Positions 17,166 to 25,742 of a stretch of 33,702 nucleotides of DNA are shown here, one piece after another. Origin of the DNA: Bacteroidia bacterium (GTDB lineage Bacteria > Bacteroidota > Bacteroidia > Bacteroidales > VadinHA17). The stretch is taken from positions 1 to 33,702 of the forward strand of contig JAPLDX010000097.1 of NCBI GenBank assembly GCA_026391215.1, read 5' to 3'. Under the pieces are notes generated by a model, which was not told the origin of the DNA, searched no databases, and was given only the letters and a program-made list of their open reading frames with translations. Each line of letters begins with the position of its first letter. Positions within the stretch are counted from its first letter, which is position 1. The translations under genes and the position numbers were made by a program.

Positions 17166-17648
17166 TTAAAAGCTATAACCAAAACTTATACCTGCCCAGG
17201 GAAGAAGTTTTGGCTTATTTTCTCCAACGAATGGAATAATGAGAAAAGGCATAAACCCTGCACGGAATATCAGTCCATCCTTTTTTTGATACCTGTATCC
17301 GAATACTCCATGGATCCCTGCGCCAATAATACCATCCAGGGCAAACATTCCGCTTATTCCACCACCCGTTTCAATCCTGTATTTATTACCAAAAAACCTG
17401 TAAGCCATAATACTTGGCCAGAAGCCTTCGGAGTACTGTATACCGATACTGCAGGCAGTTGTTACTTTTTTCCTGAAATCAACATTTAATGAATACCATC
17501 CCTTTCCACCCAGTTCAAAGTATAAGGATGTTGTTGGTTCCCAGGCAGACAATACAACAGTATCGTTCCCTATTTCCTGGGAATAACTCATATACGGAAA
17601 GGTATTAACTATGAGCAGTATAACCAGAATGACAAATTTTCTATTCAT
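17166..17648 (-). CDS. Hypothetical small outer-membrane beta-barrel protein
   Basis: Signal peptide. SLYFELGG, GYRYQKKDGLIFRAG and a C-terminal PWAGISFGYSF ending in Phe. Confidence 0.7.
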   Translation of the reverse strand: MNRKFVILVILLIVNTFPYMSYSQEIGNDTVVLSAWEPTTSLYFELGGKGWYSLNVDFRKKVTTACSIGIQYSEGFWPSIMAYRFFGNKYRIETGGGISGMFALDGIIGAGIHGVFGYRYQKKDGLIFRAGFMPFLIIPFVGENKPKLLPWAGISFGYSF

Positions 17649-17895
17649 GGAACTTCTAAGCTTTTACTTTAAAATCAAACAAATGACAACTTAAAGTTAC
17701 TACAGGTAAAAGCCAAAGTCAAATTATTCTCACAAGAGATCTCACCCCCTCCTTCCAGGACGAGCTCTAAGAGACATTATTTAATTCAGGATCCTTAAAA
17801 AGGTCTGAAAACAGATTAATTGCATCAAGGATTTTCTTGTCTCTTATTTATATGTTATTTTATTATATACATAAATATAATCAAGCTCTGAGTCA

Positions 17896-17996
17896 CCTGA
17901 ACAGACGACCGACGTCGTCGGACGTAGCCGACTATGTCCGCCGAAGTCCGAAGGTGAGACGGAGCCCCGCATTGCGGGGTAAACTCCTCAACAGAC
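17896..17996. repeat. GC-rich multi-hairpin REP-like mosaic flanked by 11-bp direct repeats
   Basis: Hairpins gacgac/gtcgtc, cggacgtag/ctatgtccg and ggag-ccccgc-att-gcgggg-taaa-ctcc. Flanks are cctgaacagac (17896-17906) and cctcaacagac (17986-17996). Confidence 0.6.
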
Positions 17997-18095
17997 AGAT
18001 CCATTTAATTGTTGTAACTTTATATTGTTTAGCATGAACATAAAACGAAAAGGAATTTCAGAAGGAATGGGTTTTATAAAATAAAAACTATAATT

Positions 18096-18926
18096 ATGAA
18101 AAGACTTATTGGTTCATTGTTATTGATGCTGACCGGTATCGCGCCTCTGATTGCTCAGGACGATACGGAAGGCAGCAAGGATCCTGCCTTATTCACCAGG
18201 ATGCCCGGTTTCTACATTTACCGGTATGATGATATTCAGTTTGACAATTATGAATTCCCGGTAGGCTCACAGAAAACTCAGGCTGTTGAAGGACATTCTA
18301 TCTTCATTATTTACTGGTTAAAGGATAATGTTCAGCAGCCCAGTGCATTGCAGATTGTCAGGAATTATACCAATGCGATAAAGAAAATAGGCGGGCAGCT
18401 GCTTTATGAATATGAAGACGGAGGGAGCCAGAATGTTGTATTGAAACTGGTTAAAGACGGAAAAGAGACCTGGGCCTATGTTTATGCAGCAGGAGATACA
18501 TACAATATTAACATCATTGAGAAAGAGGCGATGGACCAGGACGTGGTTGCTGATGCCGCAAGCATGGCGTCAAGTATTAAAGAAACCGGGAAAGTTGCTG
18601 TTTATGGGATCTATTTTGATACAGGAAAAGCAACATTGAAACCGGAATCTGAGCCCACCTTGGTGGAGATTGCAAAATTACTTAAAGCTGATCCCTCACT
18701 TAAGCTGTATGTGGTCGGGCATACTGATAATACCGGGTCATTTGATGCAAATATGAAGCTTTCAATAGACAGGGCTGCATCGGTGGTTAATGCCCTTGTT
18801 TCTCAGCATTCAGTAAATGCTGCAAGCCTCAAAGCCTGCGGCGACGGACCGACTGCACCTGTGGCCACTAATGATACTGAAGAAGGAAAGGCTCTTAACC
18901 GCCGGGTGGAACTGGTAAAGCAGTAA
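18096..18926 (+). CDS. OmpA-family peptidoglycan-binding protein
   Basis: Signal peptide. DTEGSKDPALFTRMPG N-terminal domain. IYFDTGKA, VVGHTDNTG, LSIDRA and NRRVEL. Confidence 0.9.
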   Translation: MKRLIGSLLLMLTGIAPLIAQDDTEGSKDPALFTRMPGFYIYRYDDIQFDNYEFPVGSQKTQAVEGHSIFIIYWLKDNVQQPSALQIVRNYTNAIKKIGGQLLYEYEDGGSQNVVLKLVKDGKETWAYVYAAGDTYNINIIEKEAMDQDVVADAASMASSIKETGKVAVYGIYFDTGKATLKPESEPTLVEIAKLLKADPSLKLYVVGHTDNTGSFDANMKLSIDRAASVVNALVSQHSVNAASLKACGDGPTAPVATNDTEEGKALNRRVELVKQ

Positions 18927-18942
18927 GAACTTTTCTGAGAAT

Positions 18943-19515
18943 TTATTCTGGTTTTTTCATCCGGGATTTTGCTTCAATGCACCAGAATAGTTCATTAATG
19001 AAATTTGAAACCCGTTTTTCATCGAGACGACTGGTGTCAGGGTTTCCTTTCTCATCAAATATCTTTGTTACCTCAGGGACAGGGAACATTGCAGGTACTG
19101 TCCATGCACTCATTTTCCACAGCGTAAACTGAAGGGATGTTATTACCTGTGTGCCGCCAAAGCTTCCTTCAGACACAGTTGAAATTGCAACAGGTTTATG
19201 ATACCATTCTTTAGATAGCAGGTCGATCACATTTTTCAGGCTGGCAGGATAACCGCCATTATATTCGGGTGAAACAATTATAATACCGTCTGCATTATTG
19301 ATCTTCTCGGCAAAATCAGCCGCTGCTTCCGTCGGATTTTTCTGTAAACGCAGCCTTTCTTCAAACAACGGGAACCGGTATTCATTCAGATCCAGCATTT
19401 CAACTGTTGCAAGCTTATTTTCTTCCAGGTACTTTTTAAAAAACAATGCCACCCGGTGACTGTTCCTTCCTGTCCTGATACTGGATGATATAATGGCAAT
19501 ATGAGGTATATTCAT
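18943..19515 (-). CDS. NAD(P)H-dependent FMN reductase (flavodoxin-like fold)
   Basis: SSIRTGRNS, ADGIIIVSPEYNGGYPASLKNVID and WYHKPVA. Confidence 0.9.
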   Translation of the reverse strand: MNIPHIAIISSSIRTGRNSHRVALFFKKYLEENKLATVEMLDLNEYRFPLFEERLRLQKNPTEAAADFAEKINNADGIIIVSPEYNGGYPASLKNVIDLLSKEWYHKPVAISTVSEGSFGGTQVITSLQFTLWKMSAWTVPAMFPVPEVTKIFDEKGNPDTSRLDEKRVSNFINELFWCIEAKSRMKKPE

Positions 19516-19692
19516 ATATAAAGTGATTTTCTAAAAGAGAATTCCGTTCCTGTAAAGATATAACATCTTAAGATTGTTACTTCATTCAACAGAAAGGTGA
19601 AAAGGTTTGTTTGTCCAAAAGAACCGAGGAATTCCGAAGTGACACAATTCCGCAAGGTGGTTGCTTGTTTCCGGTTACCGCAATCCGTAATA

Positions 19693-21150
19693 CTATTCAG
19701 TTTTCTTCACCGTAAAACCATCGGCGCTGAATCCAGTGACACTGCCATCAGCTTCATTAAGAAACCGGAAATCTCCCCTGTACTCTTTAATAAAGAATTC
19801 GACCTCAGAAGTAAAATTGACTTTCCAGAACAGATCTCCATATGCATTAAACAACAGATCTTTGCCGCTCTTTTTCATATTTATGACGATCCCTTCAACC
19901 TCATATTTTCCGACATATTTTTCAAGGAGAGATTCCTCGACCTCAATTACATTTTTTAATACAGGCTGATAATAGTCTTTCCATCCATACACTGTCGCAA
20001 CACTGTTCACTATCTCTTCAAGAATAGAGCTGTTGTCGGAATTAGTCATAATAACTACTCCTTGGCCTCTATCCAGGCTGCCGATATACTGACATGAAAA
20101 TCCTTCATTCCCGCCATTATGCGAAAAATATTTTGAGTCCCCTTTTGTGGATACAAAAACACCAAGAGCCGCATCCTGAAGTATAGTAGTCAGCCTTATC
20201 CTTGTCATCTCAGGTGTGAGTACCTTTGACGATTCACCTTTATATGATAGCTGGGTTTCAATAATGTACTTGCAAAGATCGACAGGATTTGTCCATAGTC
20301 CGGCAGCTGCCTGCTCAGGGTATACGTGATATTTGCCAGGAACTTCTTTGCCGTCAATTCTATAGCCTGTAGAGAGTAATTTATTTTTTCCTTTTGCAGG
20401 TGGTTGAGTAAAGAAACTGCCACTCATACTGAGCGGATCAAGAACATTTTTTTGCATATACACATCATAGGGCTGATGTGTGACATCCATTACGATCATC
20501 TGTGAAACTGTGACTCCACCACCGGAATATATTACGTCAGTACCGGGTTCTCCCAGCGATCTTACTGCCTCGGTATTGGCTGGCTTTTCTCCGTCAAGGA
20601 TTTGCGGCAATGTTGGAAGAGAATCACCAATTGCATAACCCGGGAAGCCATGTATTGTTAATCCTGCAGTATGGCTTAATAACGCAGCAACAGTTATCAG
20701 CTTTTTGTTTGATTTCTCATCATAGGGAAATTTCCATGTAACCAGGTAATTGTTGATATCCGTGTTCAGATCGATCTTCTTGTCCTGCACTAATTTAAGA
20801 ACTCCAACTCCGTTCAGTGATTTGCTTATAGATGCCGCCTGGAACAACGTACTTTCGGTTACAGGTCTTTTTTCTGAAACGTCTGCCAGGCCATATCCTT
20901 TACCCCATTCTATTTTATAATCATTCACAATAGCAATGCTGAGTCCGTTTATATTGTAAAACTTCATCCTCTCTTCAAGGTTATAGCTTTCATTATCCTG
21001 CGTGCGGACCCAGCCGGCAAGATTATTTTCGACCTTACTGATATTTTGTTTAACAGCTTCAGAATATTCAGTTTTTTGCACACATCCGGCATGAGCCATT
21101 AAAATGACAAACAGAAGTGCCACTCTTTGTATGATAAGATTCCGGTTCAT
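19693..21150 (-). CDS. Serine hydrolase, beta-lactamase-related (S12/AmpC-like) family with a C-terminal extension
   Basis: FQAASISK (SxxK), LLSHTAG, YSGGG, PEQAAAGLWT and HNGGNEG. N-terminal signal with an AGC lipobox-like sequence. Confidence 0.88.
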   Translation of the reverse strand: MNRNLIIQRVALLFVILMAHAGCVQKTEYSEAVKQNISKVENNLAGWVRTQDNESYNLEERMKFYNINGLSIAIVNDYKIEWGKGYGLADVSEKRPVTESTLFQAASISKSLNGVGVLKLVQDKKIDLNTDINNYLVTWKFPYDEKSNKKLITVAALLSHTAGLTIHGFPGYAIGDSLPTLPQILDGEKPANTEAVRSLGEPGTDVIYSGGGVTVSQMIVMDVTHQPYDVYMQKNVLDPLSMSGSFFTQPPAKGKNKLLSTGYRIDGKEVPGKYHVYPEQAAAGLWTNPVDLCKYIIETQLSYKGESSKVLTPEMTRIRLTTILQDAALGVFVSTKGDSKYFSHNGGNEGFSCQYIGSLDRGQGVVIMTNSDNSSILEEIVNSVATVYGWKDYYQPVLKNVIEVEESLLEKYVGKYEVEGIVINMKKSGKDLLFNAYGDLFWKVNFTSEVEFFIKEYRGDFRFLNEADGSVTGFSADGFTVKKTE

Positions 21151-21189
21151 GATAGTTTTATTAATTGTGATAATTATTGAATGATTTTA

Positions 21190-22050
21190 CTAAAAAGGAA
21201 CCTTACATTGCATTATAGCATTCTTCATGGGTGAATAATACATATATGCCAGGTAAACTATACCGCTGGTCTTTACAAAATGAGGATTAAAACAATCAGG
21301 CAGGGATTTCCCGTCATTGAAATTCAGGGAGCCGTAATCATACCAGGCATACCGCGTATTTGCCTGGTTCATGAAAAACCTTTCGCTGAACATGATCACC
21401 GAGTCAGCAGCAAAAATGGTTTTTCCCTGGAGGTCCATGATCTTTGTATTTCCCACAACCACGATGTCATCATACTTAATGGTCCCGTTCATCCACACAT
21501 TCAGAGTTCTGACTATATCAAACGTGACGTTTGGAATATTTGTCACAAGATTTGGTATATCCCCTTCCTGCTCTGCTGCCAGGAGGACAAATTTTTCCTT
21601 CGAAAGGGTGACAATAAAATCATATATCTCGGGATAAGGGCCGTAATTCTTCCCTTTAAATGTTATCAGGTACTTTCCGCCTGAATAACTCAGAATTCCT
21701 TTGTATCTTAAAAGCTGTTCATCCGGATTTGTATCATCCATATAGCAACTCTCAAAACCCATCAGTTTTGGATCTCCTTCCTCGAAAGGACCGCTGGTAA
21801 CACCTGCACTTAATATATAGTATTTATCTGTTCTGGCGTCCTCGAGAAGCAATGATCCGTCCGGCATAGTGCAGACCTTGAGCTCTTTATAATCAAGCTG
21901 CAGCTTACCGCCAAGGCTGAAGATAAACTCGGGCTGAGCACAGGCGCATTTCGGCTCCTGTCCCTGAAGGGAAGGATTGCTGCTTTGCGCATTAACCAGG
22001 CTGGCAATTGCAAAAAAAATTACCAGCATTGACAATTTTAGTTTTTTCAT
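21190..22050 (-). CDS. Hypothetical secreted protein
   Basis: 286-aa ORF with a signal peptide ending VNAQ. No family recognised. Confidence 0.7.
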   Translation of the reverse strand: MKKLKLSMLVIFFAIASLVNAQSSNPSLQGQEPKCACAQPEFIFSLGGKLQLDYKELKVCTMPDGSLLLEDARTDKYYILSAGVTSGPFEEGDPKLMGFESCYMDDTNPDEQLLRYKGILSYSGGKYLITFKGKNYGPYPEIYDFIVTLSKEKFVLLAAEQEGDIPNLVTNIPNVTFDIVRTLNVWMNGTIKYDDIVVVGNTKIMDLQGKTIFAADSVIMFSERFFMNQANTRYAWYDYGSLNFNDGKSLPDCFNPHFVKTSGIVYLAYMYYSPMKNAIMQCKVPF

Positions 22051-22092
22051 ATTTCGTGAAATTTATACTAAGTTACGAAAAACTGAACATTT

Positions 22093-22116
22093 GCACGATT
22101 GCATGATTGCATGATT
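22093..22116. repeat. 8-bp tandem repeat, 3 units
   Basis: gcacgatt gcatgatt gcatgatt. Confidence 0.7.
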
Positions 22117-22134
22117 ATAAAATTGCCAGACTAT

Positions 22135-22142
22135 TATCTTTG
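22135..22142 (+). promoter_or_regulatory. Bacteroidota -7 promoter box
   Basis: TATCTTTG, 23 nt before the ATG at 22166. Confidence 0.55.
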
Positions 22143-22165
22143 TATAAATTAAATCCGGGTTTCAA

Positions 22166-23035
22166 ATGATGAACAAATCCTTAAGAAACAGATTCCTTGC
22201 TTTTATAGTCTGCCTGGTCTGCATCGTACTTGTCACTGCTTTGCTGAAAAATTATAATAAACCGGCATTCAGGGTTATTGCTTTCTTCAGCGCTAAAAGC
22301 GATCACGCTCATATCAGCTTTGTCCATGAAGCTAACCGGTGGTTTTCAGATATGGCCCAGAAGTATAATTTTATTTATGATTCAACCAGGGACTGGAATA
22401 AGCTGAATCCTGGATTCCTTTCAGGATACCAGGCAGTTATCTTTCTCGATTCACGTCCGGATTCGACTCCGCAAAGAGAAGCCTTCAGGGAGTATATGGA
22501 AAATGGAGGGAAATGGATGGGATTCCATTTCTCAGCTTTTGCACTCACACCTTCAGCATTTCCGCAGGACTGGGGCTGGTACCATGAAAAATTCCTGGGT
22601 TGCGGGGAATATGATGGGAATACCTGGCGCCCGACGTCAGCAGTATTAAAAGTGGAAAACAGCAAACATCCGGCCACGCGCCGTCTCCCCGGAACATTCG
22701 TTGCATCTCCCAATGAATGGTACAAATGGAAAAATGATCTAAGGACAAATCCGGATATAGAAGTACTTCTGTCAATCGACCCGGCAAGCTTCCCGCTGGG
22801 AACAGGTCCAAAACAATATGAAATCTGGCATAGCGGTTATTATCCAGTTGTATGGACCAACATAAACTATAAAATGCTTTACATCAACATGGGTCATAAT
22901 GATATTGACTATGAGAATAATACAAATAAGGAATTGTCATTCACCTTTAATAATAAAACACAAAATAAACTGATTCTTGACGGGTTGTTCTGGCTTGAAG
23001 GGATAAAGAAGGAAGGGGAGAACCTCCTCCGCTAA
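22166..23035 (+). CDS. ThuA-like domain protein (class I glutamine amidotransferase-like fold)
   Basis: AFREYMENGGKWMGFH, HPATRRLP, NEWY, PVVWTN and YINMGH. Confidence 0.82.
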   Translation: MMNKSLRNRFLAFIVCLVCIVLVTALLKNYNKPAFRVIAFFSAKSDHAHISFVHEANRWFSDMAQKYNFIYDSTRDWNKLNPGFLSGYQAVIFLDSRPDSTPQREAFREYMENGGKWMGFHFSAFALTPSAFPQDWGWYHEKFLGCGEYDGNTWRPTSAVLKVENSKHPATRRLPGTFVASPNEWYKWKNDLRTNPDIEVLLSIDPASFPLGTGPKQYEIWHSGYYPVVWTNINYKMLYINMGHNDIDYENNTNKELSFTFNNKTQNKLILDGLFWLEGIKKEGENLLR

Positions 23036-23046
23036 AGCTTCGGAGG
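23026..23046. repeat. REP-like hairpin overlapping the ThuA-like stop codon
   Basis: cctccg-ctaaagctt-cggagg inside a purine-rich tract between convergent genes. Confidence 0.55.
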
Positions 23047-23102
23047 TCAAGGGAGGGTGAGAAAAGGAGAGGCGTTAAGACTGCAGAATAGCATAACTAA
23101 AA

Positions 23103-23873
23103 CTATCTCTCAAGCCATCTTCTGAATTCTGTCAGCTTGCTGCGGCTTACCAGTATATCGTCATCTTTTGAATTGACAATCTTCAGTTTTAACCTGCTGG
23201 CTGAATATGATATTATGTCAGCTATTGCATTAATATTTACAATATACTTTCTGCTTATCCTGAAATATTGTTTTGGATCGATAAGCTTTTCAATATGCTC
23301 AAGCGAATAATTAATATCGTATGTCTTACCTGTATTGTCGAGAATTAAGGTAGCCTTTTCGAGACTATAGAATAAATTTATTTTTTCGACCTCAACCGAC
23401 TTAATATGCATACCCACATTTACTATAAAACGTGATTTATAGTTATTGGTCAGCATCTTCATTACCTGGTCAACTTTATTTCTTAAAGTCAGGTTATAAC
23501 TATCTGTTATATTGTAACTGATTGATCTGAACTGGTCTATTGCATATTTAAGGTCGTCAATGCCTATAGGTTTCAATAAATAATCAATACTGTTAACTTT
23601 AAAAGCTTTTATTGCATATTCCTCGTAAGCTGTCGTAAATATTACAGGACATGTAATATTTACATGATTGAATATCTCAAAGCTCAAACCATCCGATAAC
23701 TGAATGTCAAGAAATATCAAATCCGGCACTGGATTATTTTTAAACCAGGACAGGGCTTCATCGATTGAAGAAATAATTCCGAGAATGTCAATTTTGATAT
23801 CGACCTGGTTAATTAATCTTTGAAGATGTGCTGCTGCAGGCTTTTCATCTTCAATAATTATTGCCTTATACAT
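23103..23873 (-). CDS. LytR/AlgR-family response regulator
   Basis: IIEDE, DLIFLDIQLSDG, IFTTAY and DYLLKP receiver motifs. LytTR domain with FRISRKYIVN and VSR. Confidence 0.93.
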   Translation of the reverse strand: MYKAIIIEDEKPAAAHLQRLINQVDIKIDILGIISSIDEALSWFKNNPVPDLIFLDIQLSDGLSFEIFNHVNITCPVIFTTAYEEYAIKAFKVNSIDYLLKPIGIDDLKYAIDQFRSISYNITDSYNLTLRNKVDQVMKMLTNNYKSRFIVNVGMHIKSVEVEKINLFYSLEKATLILDNTGKTYDINYSLEHIEKLIDPKQYFRISRKYIVNINAIADIISYSASRLKLKIVNSKDDDILVSRSKLTEFRRWLER

Positions 23874-24921
23874 CTTTTATACTTAAAACAGGAATTTTAA
23901 CTACGAACTCTTCATTTGAAATCTCAACCAGAACATCTTTATCTGACAGATATTTATATCTCGACTTAATATTTTCCAGCCCTATTTTACTGGATACAAT
24001 TTCAGTCTTCCTGGGTTGCAGATTGTTTCTGACAATAACATAATCTTCTTCTTCATGGATCTTAACTATTAATGGTCTGTCCGCCGCTATTGCATTGTGT
24101 TTGATTGCATTTTCAAGAAGCATCTGCAATGCCATCGGAATAATGAATTTATCTTCTGCATCAGGTAAATTTATGTTTATCTGAAGCGAATCTTCATATC
24201 TTATATGGTACAAATACGAGATAGATTCCAGCAGTTTTTTCTCAGTAACAAAATCAACTACTTCTTTTTCGCGGCACTCCAGCACATATCTGAAAACATT
24301 TGAGAATTCCCGGATAAATGTCACCGCTTTCTCCTGGTCTTTATAAACCAATGAAGATAAGGCAGTTAAACTATTGAAAAGAAAATGTGGATTAACCTGG
24401 TTCTTCAGAGCTTCGTATTCGATTGCCAGTTTTTCTCTTTTCAGCTTTTCTTCATTTACAGCCGCCTGCTTCCAGCTTTTAAAGAAATGAGAAAAATTGA
24501 TCAGGATAACACCTATAATCGTAAAAATGATCAGATATTTTAGTCCTTCAAATGTCTTACTGTATAAGATGTCAATTTGCTGTCTTTGTATCACAATAAA
24601 GATCAAGAAATTGACTGCGGTTAGAATAAGAATGCCAATTATTATTTCAAGTAAAACGGTTAGAATAAATCTCAGATTTGGTTTCTTCAGCCAGGAGATA
24701 TGCTGTTCAAGCTTCCATTCGATATATTCAAAACTCTTCATTGAGGGTACACCAAGAGCCAGAGAATAGATCATAACAAAAAATATGAACTTAACAGATA
24801 AAAATCCCTGCGGGTAAGCTATAAGTGTAATAATTACTCCTATAATGATCGGAATTAACAGGTGCCAGACAGAGAACCGGAAAAGTTTAAAATCAGTTTT
24901 TTTGTAAATGTCAGAAAGCAT
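23866..24921 (-). CDS. LytS/YehU-type membrane sensor histidine kinase
   Basis: Four TM segments. LKNQVNPHFLFNSL, LQMLLENAIKHN and IGLENIKSRY. 8-bp overlap with the response regulator. Confidence 0.92.
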   Translation of the reverse strand: MLSDIYKKTDFKLFRFSVWHLLIPIIIGVIITLIAYPQGFLSVKFIFFVMIYSLALGVPSMKSFEYIEWKLEQHISWLKKPNLRFILTVLLEIIIGILILTAVNFLIFIVIQRQQIDILYSKTFEGLKYLIIFTIIGVILINFSHFFKSWKQAAVNEEKLKREKLAIEYEALKNQVNPHFLFNSLTALSSLVYKDQEKAVTFIREFSNVFRYVLECREKEVVDFVTEKKLLESISYLYHIRYEDSLQININLPDAEDKFIIPMALQMLLENAIKHNAIAADRPLIVKIHEEEDYVIVRNNLQPRKTEIVSSKIGLENIKSRYKYLSDKDVLVEISNEEFVVKIPVLSIKDV

Positions 24922-24994
24922 AGTTTAGTTTTATATCAGGAAAGTTACAAAGTAATTCAATGATTTGTATGTATTTCTTTCATTGCTGTCAAAT

Positions 24995-25645
24995 TCAGGT
25001 TCCACCAGCTTTGCACTCATTGTATAGTCTCAAAGCATCTTCTTCGCCCCAGAATGGATGGATAATGCTCTTTGGTTTAAAATCCTTATATACATTTATT
25101 GCTTTATCGAATAAAGGAATAGCAGCCTCTTTTCCCCCGCCAAAAAATACTGGTGTGTTCATTGTCGATTTACCTCTTAAATAATATATCCTGGGATTTC
25201 CGGGATCAAGCTTTTCGGCATCATCAAGAGCACCTGAAGCTTTTGGAAGATACAATGGTCCATTTATCATAGGGCTGATCGACATACGTGCATAATACAA
25301 CATGCTTTGTAGCACATAAATTTCCGATTCATCAGGTTTAATCTTAAAAGCTTCATCAATGAGATTCTGAGCCTTGTCACAGTACATTTCCCTGGCGCCT
25401 TCATTGGTTTCAATAAAACCCATATTAATATAAGCATAGGCCTCGTAATAATATGGTAACCATTCATTTTTGTATACCAGTAAGATCCTTTCACTGCAAT
25501 TGGCTAATTGCCGGTAGTTCTCCAGCTTATAATCCTTATAAGCGAGATCAATGCTTTTCCTTAGCGTGGAATAATACAAGGTATCGCTGCCGTCAGTTTT
25601 GCGGGCGATTAATAATACAAATACAATAAGTAGTACTCTTTTCAT
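24995..25645 (-). CDS. Secreted TPR-like protein
   Basis: Signal peptide. EWLPYYYEAY, A.KLDPGNPRIYYLRG, TPVFFGGGKEAA and P.WG. Confidence 0.78.
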   Translation of the reverse strand: MKRVLLIVFVLLIARKTDGSDTLYYSTLRKSIDLAYKDYKLENYRQLANCSERILLVYKNEWLPYYYEAYAYINMGFIETNEGAREMYCDKAQNLIDEAFKIKPDESEIYVLQSMLYYARMSISPMINGPLYLPKASGALDDAEKLDPGNPRIYYLRGKSTMNTPVFFGGGKEAAIPLFDKAINVYKDFKPKSIIHPFWGEEDALRLYNECKAGGT

Positions 25646-25702
25646 ATTTTATTCATTTTGTTTCATTTTTAATTTGAGTGAAAGGTAAAGTGCCATTATT
25701 TT

Positions 25703-25742
25703 ACCGTTGCGCCGTTGTGCCGTTGTACCGTTGCGCCATTCT
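25703..25742. repeat. 8-bp tandem repeat, 5 units, inside an operon
   Basis: accgttgc gccgttgt gccgttgt accgttgc gccattct, directly after the TonB-receptor stop. Confidence 0.85.

Noticed and set aside
17886-17912. Possible hammerhead ribozyme core (tgagtc...gacga)
   Set aside because: It lacks the CUGANGA and GAAA core sequences and the flanking stems.
17837-18037. 66-aa ORF from the track
   Set aside because: It has a non-ATG start and reads through the REP-like mosaic.
19693-21150. Beta-lactamase resistance gene
   Set aside because: SxxK is present, but YSG and HNG replace YxN and KTG. This fits a generic serine hydrolase and gives no evidence for resistance.
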